A DNA stretch of 63,998 nt, the filler included, from Ionaspis alba (taxonomy: Eukaryota), in assembly GCA_964255285.1 (NCBI GenBank). It is 3 parts of 3 records of this genome, joined end to end, with 100 filler letters (N's around TTAATTAATTAA, not from the genome) between each part and the next. Parts side by side here need not be neighbours in the genome. Positions count along the whole stretch, not along the records: positions 23,377 to 46,614 come from CAXUUL010000189.1; positions 46,715 to 63,998 come from CAXUUL010000323.1; 1 more part is not named here. The stretch is one strand, 5' to 3'. Under the pieces are notes generated by a model. That model searched no databases. It saw only the letters and a program-made list of their open reading frames with translations, and had not been told where the DNA came from. The position numbers and the translations under genes are program-made. This document shows positions 36,815 through 48,793 of the stretch, in pieces. Positions within the stretch are counted from its first letter, which is position 1, and every line of letters starts with the position of its first letter.

Positions 36815-38630
36815 ATGTCGACAACACCAGCCTCGAAAGAGGCACTCAAGGGTCCGGACTCATTGCTCGCAAAGTCAGCCCGAGGAGCCAAATTCCTCAT
36901 CATCCTCCAAATCGGTTCTCGAGCCCTGACCTTCATCGTCAACCAGATCCTCCTTCGTTACCTCTCCCCGGAACTCCTAGGGGTGTCTTCCCAGCTTGAA
37001 CTCTATGGCATATCCGTCCTCTATTTTGCTAGAGAGTCTCTTCGACTGGCATTGCAAAGAGGTGGGGGCAAAGCGCAAGAGGTGGTCAATTTGTCCTATA
37101 TCGCCATAGGCCTGGGTCCACCATTGGCATACAGTCTCGCGAGCCTGTATATGCGGCAAGCCACACCCACGCTATTGGCCACCCCATATATCGCTCAAGC
37201 TCTGTCTCTGTATGCTTGTGCTACATGCCTAGAGCTACTGATTGAGCCATGCTTCGTCATCGCCCAGCAACAGATGCTCTACGGCATCCGTGCCTCTGCT
37301 GAATCGTCTGCCACTTTCACAAGATGCATCGTCACCTGCGCCACGGCAATCTGGGCCAGCACCTCGAAGCAAAATCTAGGCGTTCTGCCGTTTGCAGTTG
37401 GTCAACTCAGCTATGCTCTGGTCATGAACCTGGTGTATTACAGCAAAATATGGCCAAAATCCGCGCAAGGGGGTTTCTCGCTCATCCCTAAACGGCCTAC
37501 TTCGAAGTACGAGATCCTTCTCCCTTGTACCCAAGATTCCCATTAACACTTTTGCAGTTCTTCCCAGTATACTCTCACCCTCTTCTCACGCCCAATCCTC
37601 ACATTAGCCCTCAACCTTTACGCCCAGTCAGGCTTGAAGCATCTTTTGACCCAAGGGGACAGCCTGCTAATCGCGCTCTTCGCTTCCCTTTCCTCGCAAG
37701 GCGTCTATGCTCTCGCCTCAAACTATGGCAGTCTAATCGCCCGTATGCTCTTCCAGCCCATCGAAGAAAGCAGCCGCGGTGTTTTCGGCCGTCTTCTCTC
37801 GTCGTCCACTTCCTCCGCAAAATCGGATGACGAGAAAACCAATTCGAATTCCAGGCCGAAGTCTTCGCGTCCGAACGTTATCTCAGCTCACACCTACCTC
37901 CTCACGCTTCTGCACCTCTACGCCCTGCTTTCACTTGTAATTGCTACTATTGGCCCCACCCTCGCGCCGCTTTTACTCCGCTACATCGCAGGTCCAGTCT
38001 GGACCCAGACGTCTGCCGGCGCCGTGCTCTCCCTCTACTGCTACTACATCCCTCTTCTCGCTATCAACGGTATCCTGGAAGCATTCGTCTCCGCCGTGGC
38101 AACGCCTGCTCAACTACACAAGCAGTCGGTTTGGATGGTAGCGTTTAGTGCCGGATTTGCAGCGAGCGGATATCTATTGTTGAAGGTTTGGGGCATGGGG
38201 GCGAGAGGCTTGGTTCTGGCGAATGCGATCAATATGGGCATGCGCATCCTGTGGACGTGGGCATTTGTGCAAACCTGGTTAGGAAGGGAAGGGGTGGTAC
38301 TGGGAGTTGCCGAATGTTTGCCGAAGAGAGAAAGCATGGGGTTTGGGATTATGACGGCCACCTACCTGAGTACACTGCAGGAAGGTTTTGCGGGTGACTG
38401 GGTTGATCTGATCAAGACAGTTGGGTTAGGTGGGTTTTTTGGATTGGCATTGTGAGTTATTCCATTTCTACGGAAAACGCAACTGATATGAGTTGCACGT
38501 CATTGGTTACCCAATTGCTAACACCAGCATGTTGTCTAGGCTCTTTCTTGAGCGGGATTTCCTCTATGAATGCTATCTAATGCTCCGGCCACCGCCCCCA
38601 AAGGCAGATATAACAAAGAAAGAATCCTGA
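36815..38630 (+). CDS. RFT1: Man5GlcNAc2-PP-dolichol translocation protein Rft1
   Basis: QIGSRALTFIVNQILLRYLSP, QLELY..SVLYFARESLRLALQR, KHLLTQGD, QGVYALASNYGSLIARMLFQPIEESSR and YCYYIPLLAINGILEAF. Three exons. Confidence 0.95.
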
Positions 38631-38717
38631 ATTCTAATCCTCTATAGACTTTTGTTCTGGCACTCATAGAATCATAGACAGTTCAATGTACTTCCATAAG
38701 CTGGGTCGAGAGTCGCG

Positions 38718-40688
38718 TTAGTCGTCAAACTTGATCTTTGTAGCCGCTTTTGTATTATCCGTGTCCTTGTAGAATGCTCCATAAGCATCGTGGCCCTTCT
38801 TTTTGACTGTGGTGCCAAACTTCAGCAACTCGTCAGGAACAGGCTGCCCAGCTGCTTTAAGGACATTAATCAGAGAACCAGATTGAGCTTTATCGTGCTC
38901 TGTGAAGAGGGTAATTGCGAGACCCTCTGCGCCTGCTCGCCCCGTTCTGTTCTTTGAGTCAGCCTGGATAAGAATGTGGAATGCATAGTATATTGAAGCT
39001 CACCTGCCAATTCTGTGCACGTAGTCCTCCACGGTCAGAGGAAACGTCACATTTATCACGACTTTCACAGCCGGTATATCTAGCCCTCTAGCTGCCACGT
39101 CCGTTGCTACGAGCAGCGGAGTGCCTCCCTCTTTCTTGAAAGCTTCTAAACTTGCAGTCCGCTTTTCTTGACTCAAATCACCATGAATACCAGCGACTCG
39201 TAGTCCTTTGTTTCTCAGAAACATCTCCACACGAGTCGCTTCCTTTTTGTAGAGGCAGAATACTAGGATCCGGTCATCTCGTGACTTACCCGATTGATGC
39301 GTCTTGATCAGCTGCAGGAGACGCATTTCTTTGGATCGTGGATCAACGACTTCCACTCTCTGTACAATACGCGCATTTGCACGTAGTTCACCCGTTGGAT
39401 TGTCACCAATGGCAATCTTGACAGGAGAACGCATGAATGTGGATGCCAGCTCTCGCACAGAAAGCGGCCATGTTGCCGTGAACATCAGAGTTTGTCGGCC
39501 AGCTTCAAAAGATGGAGAACGCGTAGTGGAAATGATCTTGCGGATCTCCTCTTCGAATCCTTTATCCAACATGCGATCCGCTTCGTCGAGCACAACGTAG
39601 CCTACATTGCTTAGGTCTGCAGCGCCTTCGTTGATGAGATCGTTGAGGCGACCTGGAGTTGCCACAACGATGTGTGCCTTCTTCAAAGCAAGACGTTGTG
39701 CATCCTTAGGAACACCACCGTAAACACAGACGGTGTTAAGCCCTGCTGGCGTGGCTAGCTGGAGAAGTTGATCGTGGATCTGAACAGCCAGCTCTCGTGT
39801 CGGCGAGACGATGACCGCCCGAGCTACACTACCTTTCCCTGATGACAGGGAGAGTGATGATATGTGGCGAATGCAGGGCACGCCGAAAGCCAATGTCTTA
39901 CCAGATCCAGTTTCTGCTACACCGATGACATCTCGCCCGGAGAGTAGGAATGGCCATGCCGCTGACTGGATCGGGGTAGGATTCTTGAAGGATTTGAAGG
40001 GAGAAGGTTTGGTTAGGGCACTTGCTGGAAGATGGGAGAAACAGATAATGGGGCGGAGTGTTCTCGAGGCTGTGGAATCTGTAATGGTGATGAAGTTCGA
40101 CGATAGAAAAGATTCAATCTCAGACTGTGGGAGAGCTGTCAAGTCTGGATCTTCTTCGTAGTGGGTGAAAGATTGAGACTGGGCAGCATGTCCATTTGTA
40201 GCAGTGCCTTTCTCAAGCTTCTTGGCTTTCTGCACGGCCTTCAGTCGCGCTTTCTCGGCCTTTCTGTCGGCCTTCAATCCAGCTATGTCGGCTTCTGGTT
40301 GTTTGTCTAAAGGTTCGACACTTCCTTCCTCAGCCGCAAATATGTGGCCGTTTGCCTGCATAGAGCCATTTGTTCCATTCGGCACATCCCGTTTCAAAGC
40401 TTTTCGTCTTGCCCTCTCAGGTTTTCTTGGAGCCTTCGCAGCAGTTTCCACATACCCAGATGTCGCTGAGTCTTCCTCTAGTGCCGCAGCACTCGAGGGT
40501 GTCGGCACTTCATTCTCTTTGGCTAGATGCTTCAATCGCTTGTGCTCCCGACGTTCTTCTTTTGTTTGCTTTTTCTCCGTAGTATATTCTTTGGTCTTCC
40601 GCTTCTTTGATGTGGAGCCATTAACAATCTCTTGAACGGCAGTAAGACCGTTCGACGGCTCTGCGTCATTGTGCTGTTGTTTTGCCAT
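38718..40688 (-). CDS. DBP3: DEAD-box RNA helicase Dbp3 (rRNA processing)
   Basis: Lys-rich N-terminus, [48 protein letters not shown] and HRIGR/TGRAG (intron 38947-39003). Dbp3-typical tail [19 protein letters not shown]...KIKFDD. Confidence 0.95.
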
Positions 40689-40892
40689 AATCCGAGATTC
40701 CGAAAAAATTTCTAATAAAAGTTTCGAAGACCTGGCACGCTTTGTGGGGAAGGTTTGCCGATCAGCCCCATATGTATGTACGTAAGCTATACTTGAACAT
40801 GTGAAGACTTCATAACACAACTATGGCTGAACACTCTTTCTCAAATCCGAATACTCTACGATTGAACATCCATCTGAAAGAGAAGAAAGATA

Positions 40893-42654
40893 CTATAAGC
40901 CAGCCGCTTTCCTGTCCTTTTTCAGAGGAGAAAATGCACCAAATCCGCTCGCAGAACCTCCAAGACGAGGTCCCAGCTTCTGATTACCCAGTCCAGTCCT
41001 CCCCAAAGCACCAAAAGTCCTCACGCCTCCAGAAAGACCTCTGTTGCCACCTTTACTTGGCTCACCGTCGTCGTCGTCGAAAAGCGTCCGGCCCAACCCT
41101 CCACCCAAGACTTTTCGTTTTCGTTTGATAAAGGTTGGCTCGTCAGTGTTGTCGCCAAAGTCCACAGTCTTAGCTTTGAGCTTCGTCGTAGGCTTCGTTA
41201 CATGAGGCTTGTCAGCCTCATCGGGTGGCACGTTCTCGTTGTTATCTTCTTCCTCAACTTGCTCTAATGTCAGTGCGATCTTTGCTTTTCGAGCTTGAGG
41301 TCTTTTGGAATTTGGTTTCCCTGCTTTCGTACCCGCCGTTGTAGGAGCAGCTGGCTTCTTCGCTGTGACCTCGTTCTTGACTATTTTCTTTGAGTTCTGT
41401 ACGATAGGTTTGCCTGATGGTGTATTTTCTTGTGCGGTGGCTTCATCTTCAGCCACCACGTCTTCTTTCTCGCCTGGAGCTTCGTTGCCCTCAGCGGCAT
41501 CGTCAAGATCTGCAGCCTTGGGCGGACTTTCCGGAGCAACACTCGTCGTCCGATTAAGGAACGGTGTAATGGAAAAGGTAGATTTGTCTCCAGGAAGAGT
41601 TGAGCCTCTCTTGGATTTCTTGGCCGCAGGTAGAATTCCAGGCGTCCCAATAGCAGCGTCAGAGTCTATTTGCGCAAGACTGCGTTTTCTAGAGTTTCTT
41701 GCGGCCTCCGTTGGGCCATGTACAGTAGGCGCGAAGCTGGACTGTGCAGCTGCTGTGGCCCGACTTGTCTGTAGTTCGGATTGAGTCTCCTTCAATTGCT
41801 CCTTGGTGGCTCTTACTTTGTTCCTAAAAGCTTCAAGCCGAGACTCGACTATCGTCTGCTTGCTCTCGTATTCTGTTGTAATCTTTTGTGCTTCACGTTC
41901 TGCTTTCTGGCGCTCACGGCGCTCTTTGGACAGCTCGGCTTGGAGACTGTCGAGTTGTGCTTCCAGCTTTGCATCTTGTGCCTGTCGTCCCCCTTCCTTT
42001 GACAGGGCCCGCTGTGTCGCTCGTTTCTCTGTTTCCAGCTCAACCTGAGCAGTACTCAATTGTCGCTGAAGTGATAGCTTCTCGGCAAGAAGGGTTTGGT
42101 GGGAGGCAGCCTGAGACCGCAAGTGCTCAATCTCAGGTCTAAGAGTTGCCAGTTCACGAGAGAGCGCCAGCTTCTCGGTCAGTAGTTTCGTAGAATCCAT
42201 GGATACGCTTTGTAGAGAGTTGAGCTCAGCCTAGCTCTGTTAGCGAAATTCCTCTCTTTGAGGCTCTAGAAAGCACACCTTGAGATTCTCCACTTCTCTA
42301 GTCTTCATTCGTAATTCTGCACGTAGTCGTTCTGCCTCACCTTCCACAGTATCCAAATGATTCTGCATATCCTGCACCGATCCCTCCAATTCGTCAATGC
42401 GATAGTCGTCTTGGGATAGTTGGGTATGCAAATCGTCGTTGTCGTCTTCAAGGAGCAAAATATTCACTCGTAACTGCCTTGCTTTCTCCTCTTCGTACAG
42501 TATCTCGGAGCGACGCAAGCATTTCTCATAGGCAAGCTCGAAGGAATGAGTCTGAAGTACTTGTTGCATCTGCGAGCACTATTAGTCTCGTGTTGGACAA
42601 GTACCTGTGTTAAAGCCTTACTTCCTGCGCATCAATAGATAGTGTCGTAGCCAT
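40893..42654 (-). CDS. Coiled-coil protein with basic, CDK-site-rich tail; probable monopolin subunit Mde4/Lrs4-like
   Basis: Three exons. Long N-terminal coiled coil, then FSITPFLNRT, IKRKRKVL and a terminal FSPLKK, in the same order as motifs I recall from S. pombe Mde4 (recall only, not searched). Confidence 0.6.
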
Positions 42655-42755
42655 TACAGTTCAACGGTTATTTCGCCGAGCGAAAGTCATGTAGCATATC
42701 GAATGCTGGTGTAACGAAGGCTTTAGCAATACTGGTGGAGGGAATTGATGCGACC

Positions 42756-42783
42756 GACGCGATGCGATGCCGCAAAGTAAACA
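42756..42783. promoter_or_regulatory. Candidate MCB-like (ACGCGA) and forkhead (GTAAACA) sites in a ~300-bp divergent promoter
   Basis: GACGCGA at 42756-42762 and GTAAACA at 42777-42783, 100-130 bp upstream of the coiled-coil gene ATG. Confidence 0.3.
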
Positions 42784-42951
42784 GTGAAAATGCCACTATA
42801 TCCAAAGAGCCTTAGCGTCGAATGCTGGGTACCTTGCAGCTCCGAAACGGCAACTAAGCCGAATGACAGCAGTGCAACTTATAATCTGTGAACTTGAGCA
42901 TTTGGTCAATTGAGCTTTATTTCCTGCTCGACGTTTACCCACATTGTCAGA

Positions 42952-44120
42952 ATGAGGATTCTCTCTCTACTGGCACTGGCAGCTCTGCCCTTTGCCGTTA
43001 ATGCCGCCAAGAAGACCTCAGGGGGACGGTTCGAGAAATATCATTCTAGATTCCAGTCGAGTGCTCCGATCAAGCTCGACGACAGCTCATACGAGGACCT
43101 GACGACTCTACCTCGAGACTACGCTACAGTCGTACTGCTCACTGCTCTTGAGGCAAGATTTGGCTGCAACATCTGCCGTGATTTTCAACCAGAATGGGAA
43201 CTCATCAGCAAGAGTTGGGCTAAAGGAGACCGGAAAGGCGAGAGTCGCGTTGTGTATGGCACATTAGATTTTGTGGATGGCAAAGCGTCCTTCCAGAAGG
43301 TTTGCTACGGGGACCATGTATTGGAGCCTTTGGATAGCGGCTGATCGATCCCCAGATGATGCTACAAACTGCTCCTATAATTCTCATATTCCCTCCCACG
43401 ACCGGACCAGGAGCCAAGGCAGATGGACAACCGGTCCGTTACGATTTTACCATGGGGTAAGTCTACGACCATCAGCACAGCACAAGGCAATCTAGAAGGA
43501 GACTGACAAGTCGGCTATCAGCCCTCAAACTGCAGAGCAGGTTTATCCCTGGATCACGAGACACCTACCCGAAGGCCCGAAGCCTGAGATTCGTCGACCT
43601 TTCAACTATCTACGGATGGTGGTCTATACGACCATACTGATTGGTGCAATCAGTTTCTTCAGCGTCGCCTCACCTTACATAGTACCAGTGATCCAGAATC
43701 GAAACCTCTGGGCGGCGATAAGCTTGATAATCATTCTCTTATTCACAAGCGGCCATATGTTCAACCATATCCGAAAGGTACCATATGCTAGCGGTGATGG
43801 CAAAGGAGGATTGACCTATTTTGCTGGAGGCTTCTCCAATCAGTTTGGCATGGAGACGCAAATAATTGCAGCAATGTGTATGTTCAGCCTGACTATTATC
43901 ATTAATCTCTATGATGCTAATGGATCCGTCAGATGGAATCTTGTCTTTCGCCACAATAGCACTTGCCCTTAAGGCGCCCCGGATGTCAGATCCCAAGCAG
44001 CAGCAACTTGCTATCATTCTGTGGAGCGCGGTCATGTTCTTGATGTTCAGTTTCTTGATGAAGGTCTTCAGGATCAAGAATGGTGGATATCCATTTTGGT
44101 TGCCTCCGTTTTCTAGGTAG
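42952..44120 (+). CDS. OST3: Oligosaccharyltransferase subunit Ost3/Ost6 (MagT1/TUSC3 family)
   Basis: Signal peptide, thioredoxin-like CNIC (CxxC), TLDFVDG, SGHMFNHIRKVPY, FSNQFGMETQI and terminal KNGGYPFWLPPF. Confidence 0.93.
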
Positions 44121-44349
44121 ACAAAAGTATAGACAATGTTTTTGTCAGAATGTAGGTGATGACCCAAAGATGTGCCTCCTCGATCTGTATTGTCACAATG
44201 CCAATTCCTTACAATTGACCATTTTTCAGCTGAAACAAACCAAATTGAGGCTTCATCGCGCATTGATGTTTCAAATGCACGCTCTTGACTCGAAGGATCA
44301 GGACTATGTGCCGTCGTTTCGACTCTTCATTAACCTAAGGTGAAACTGA

Positions 44350-46498
44350 TTACACGAGATTATTATTCCAAGCCAACTTCTGCGCACATCGCGTCAACTC
44401 GGATTGCCCGGTAGGAGAATTCAGGTAGTCATCTGCAAGCTGTACTATCTCACCAAGCTTCTGACAATCTGCCAAATCAATCGCACCAAGTCGTTCCGTC
44501 TCCTGTAGACGGGAGTATACGTCTCTGAGACCAGAGAAATACGTCAGGAAGTCGTTGTGCTTAGCCTCAGTGCTCGTCGTGCGGCCTACCAGATGGTTGA
44601 TGAAGTTTTCGAGACCTCCCGTAGGATCAGTTGGATCGCTTTTGCCGGTTCCAATGCTCACAATTGCATCGAATGTTCTGGCTGGGTACTCCTGTATTGC
44701 TTCCCGGACAGCCTCAAGTATCGGGTTGTTGCTCTGCATTCCGCCGTCAAAGTAGCGGCGTCCACAAACGGTAATAGATGGGAAATAGAGAGGAGCAGCT
44801 GAGGTCGCTCTTGACGCTTCCCAAATTGTGAAATCGGCAGCCCTGGTGCCTCTGCTCGGTACATAACTCCTCAAGCGCTCGCACTCGTGTTGCCCTGCAA
44901 CGCAAGCACAAACAAAGCACCGTACATTGCCACCTTGCTCGTCTAGCAGTATTGCGTCTTCTAAGTTGGTCCCAGCCGCTTGCAGTCGGTTTTTCTCCGG
45001 TAAAGAGAGCTCTTGTGACACAACTTTTCTGACAGCCGCCTCCAATCTTTCGCCCGAGAACCAAGGCTTATCCCAATAGGCATCCCAGAGCTGCTTCTTT
45101 GGAAGACTCCATACAGTTTTCTTAAAAATTTCTCGAGATAACTCCTCATAAGCTTTCTTGCAAGCCTTTACGTCCATCCGCAACCGCCCCAACATGATAG
45201 CGAGGAGACCTCCCGTGCTTGTTCCACAAATCATATCAAAATAGTTGCACGGCTTGAGTGCATCAACGTTGTTTGGCGTATCAATTGCACGCACATTCTC
45301 CATCAATTTCTCTAGTACCATGATAGTAAACAAACCTCTTACGCCGCCTCCATCCAAAGAGAGTACTCTGAGACCTCGGGCTGGGTCTTTGGGCCGCTTT
45401 GGAACACTGATTTTCACGCCAGTCCAATCCTCGGCCTTTTGTATGAGCCGACGTATGGAACCAAGAACACGTTGCAGCTGTCCATCTGCAGGACTATTAA
45501 ACTTGGTCAGGCTCGGATGGTCCGCATCAATTGCCCTATTCTCAGCACCGTCGAGGGTAGCTTTTTCTCTTGGAACAACGGTAATTTTCTACTTCGGTCA
45601 GTCTGCAGTCGAAAATTGGTCACCCATTGTACGTACCTGCCAGGCTCCCAAGACCACGGGCCGGGTCTCATAGAAGCAAACTGTGGGAATCTGTTCACCG
45701 CCCAAGAGTTTGAAGTCGTCATTTACCATCGGGATGTTCGCCAGGAAAGTACTTAGAGCTTGCTGTTGGGCTCGAAGGAGAGGTATCCAATTGACAAGTT
45801 TTACCAAGGCCTGCACCTCACTCGTCGCACCGCCCTGCTGAACAGTGCCAAAGAACATCATACCCTTGATATACGAGTGAAAATTGTGAGCTTCCGGTGA
45901 GGAGTTCCGCGAAGCAGAAGACGTGATGAATAGCTGTTTGGCCAGCGTGCCTCCTAGGCTATGTGCTACAATCACCATTGGGACATGTGTGCGCCCATTC
46001 GCCGCTCTGTCATCGATCAAGTCCCAAAGCAGCCCTTCTCCAATGTTGTCTTGTGTACCATTGTGGGTGCAAGAGACGATCCGAGCTGAAGGTGCCACGG
46101 ATGGTAATGCGTCCGCAAGCCAGAAGAAGCCTGTTTCTCTTGCGGTCCATGACTTCTTCCAGTCTCCATTTTCACCATGAATGGCGACAATACTATACAA
46201 TTGTTACTGTCGAGGTTTTGAAGGATATTTTAGAAAGGTCCAGTAAAGGGTGCAGGATGCAGTAAAGACGACCAGACTTGGTTGACGTGATCAAAGAATG
46301 AGTAACCTACTCTAAGCTATACTTATGGTCTCGGGGACTGGCTATGGTGTGGACCTTGATAGTCGAGCCAGCAGGTTCGTCGACGGACAGATCGTACCTG
46401 GTGTCTGTCCGCTCAGCCCTTCCCTTCCGCAGCAATGGTCCGATGGACGACTCCTCCAGGGCAACTTCCACTTCGCGTCTATGATCGGGGTCTTCCAT
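44350..46498 (-). CDS. SesB-like alpha/beta hydrolase fused to a patatin-like phospholipase (~660 aa)
   Basis: Exons 46498-46311, 46192-45637 and 45588-44350 join in frame. Hydrolase: LDIVAIHG, FWLADALP, IVAHSLGG, FFGT, CFYET, DADH..LTKF. Patatin: LSLDGGGVRG, GTSTG, ATSAAPLYF, DGG...NNP. The 5' end lies near the contig edge. Confidence 0.85.
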
Positions 46499-46614
46499 TT
46501 CGTGAAAGTAATAGTCTCCCCGGAAGGGTTACAATCTCGACTGACATGAGGTCCGTCATGAAACCGAGCAGGTTTCTTTTCCAGCTGAGCAAGGCTGCTG
46601 GTGGCGCGGCTCTA

Positions 46615-46714
46615 NNNNNNNNNNNNNNNNNNNNNNNNNNNNNNNNNNNNNNNNNNNNTTAATTAATTAANNNNNNNNNNNNNNNNNNNNNNNNNNNNNN
46701 NNNNNNNNNNNNNN
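46615..46714. other. Artificial contig-joining spacer
   Basis: N44-TTAATTAATTAA-N44, identical to the spacer at 23277. Confidence 0.97.
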
Positions 46715-48793
46715 TTGTCGCGGGAAGAATATGACACCGCTACGGTTATCATTATTATTGTCAAAGAGATCATCGTCAACTATAAATATAAATGTAGATC
46801 ACCAAATCGCGAAGTCATCTGACACGTCCATAATACTGCGTCATAGTCTTTTTGCGATCTAGAACCGGGAGGGAAATGGATTGGATTTCCTTGAATCACG
46901 ATTAAAGTGCTGACAAGTGATGCAATAGTGGTCGGGATTAGGACGAGGCAAAAGCAGCCGACCGGGAGGCTGGGAAGGAAAAACGGAATTCCGGAGCCAA
47001 CGCACCAGCGATTGGTTGGTATCCACTCTTTTCGCTGCAAAGGATTTGTGGAGAAAGGTCGGCATGTTGGTTCCCTCAGTGGTTTCTGCACAACGAACCC
47101 CTCGGGAAGAGGATTTCGAAGGATTCGTAACAACGTTGAAGTCCTCGCGACGAATCTCTTGCCAGCGCACAAGAGCACCGGCTCATATTGTTGACTAACA
47201 CAAGCGTCAAATTATCGTCAATTTTCTTTGCGACACAGCGCGACGCGACGAGCTAGGATGTGGCACTCCTGATAGGAGATTGGCACGATTGGTACGATTG
47301 ATATTGACTGGCCTTTCCCTGCCGGGCTCGCTTCCCAGGAAATTCAGCAATCACTCAGCCACAGGGGAAAGGCATCTGGAACATCGTTATGATTTAACTG
47401 CCCTGTTCTATAATGCAATCAGTTGACGCGCAAAGGAAGAGCTCTCTCCGCACTCACCGCCTAACAGTAGCAGTCACGTGGACGACCACAGCAGCTGAAA
47501 CCAAGAATAAGGACTCAGTGTAAGTGGCAAGCGTGCGTAAGTGACATTGCCACCCAATTGTTGACAAGGGGCCATCAACAACCACAGGCACTGACTGATC
47601 GGCTGAAAAGAGAAATCTAGATTTCGTGCGTCTGACGTAGTTGCGAGCCTCATAGAGAGAGGCAGAAATGCCTGTTGCCAGGCCAGGGCGCCAATTGGCC
47701 CGGGCCTTCTATTTGCTTTAGCGCCAGGTACGAAATCCAAACCACTGAGGAAGCTCCGAAGTAGGGGGGAAGCTTTAGAGGAAATGGGGAGGCAAATTAA
47801 CGACGTGAGTGGATGATACTGGGGACGACTACGTATTTGGTATTTGTCCCCAGTGAAACAGCGTTCCTACTGGCTGGGACAGTCGAAGGAAGCTGAGGTG
47901 AGGAGGGACGGTTGTGCGAGTACAGTACCAGTCCTGATGGACAAGATTACACGACTGCCAACTTTTTGGAAGCCGGTTCTTTGACGGGTATTCGCCTCTG
48001 AGGACCCAAAGGTTGCGGTGCGGGTGGGTGGGTGATGTGCCTTGAGCTTGGCTTTTGCAGCTAGCAAGGTCGGCGATCTCCCCTGAAATCAGCGAGCATC
48101 GTGATTGGATGAATGGAATTGGTGATGAAGGTTTGTGACCAGGGATGATGGAGAATGGATGCACTCTTGCCTCGGAATCGTGCAATTTTACACGTCCGCT
48201 TTCTGGGGCACATCCTGCAACGAGTATTCATTGGAAGGACGCGCAACGGGGATTGGTTACGTACGAGCCACTTTGTTTTGCGTATCCTTCGGCCCTGCTG
48301 CCCATCATCGCATCGCTAAGGTTAGGTATCCCAGCCATGCAGGAGCAAGTCGCGGCAGCAGAAGAAGAGTGGGTACTTTGTCGCCTTCCCTTTAGCTTCA
48401 TCGAATTTCAAGCTGGTCTGTGGCTGCTACTTCTGCTCCCAGCAGATTCATAGCTTCTTTCCCTCTCATTAAATGCCCCGTAACCGGTAATTTGAACCCA
48501 ATTGCCCTAACGCGCCTGCTCTCTTAGCTTAGCATCACACATTCTAACTTCCGTGCTACTACTAAATCAATCCATCACCTCCCATCTCTTCCCGCTCTTT
48601 TTTCTCTTCTCTTCCTCTCTTGTTCCTCCACGCATTCAAGTCTCCATCCAAGTTCCATCAACTTCTTCCTCATCCATCCTCATCAGATCACTGTATCTTC
48701 CTCCGCATCCATCTAATCCTTCTTGGAACTTCCATCCACGCGTCAGAAGCATCTTCACGTTTCCCCATCCACAACTAAAACAACAGGATCAAG

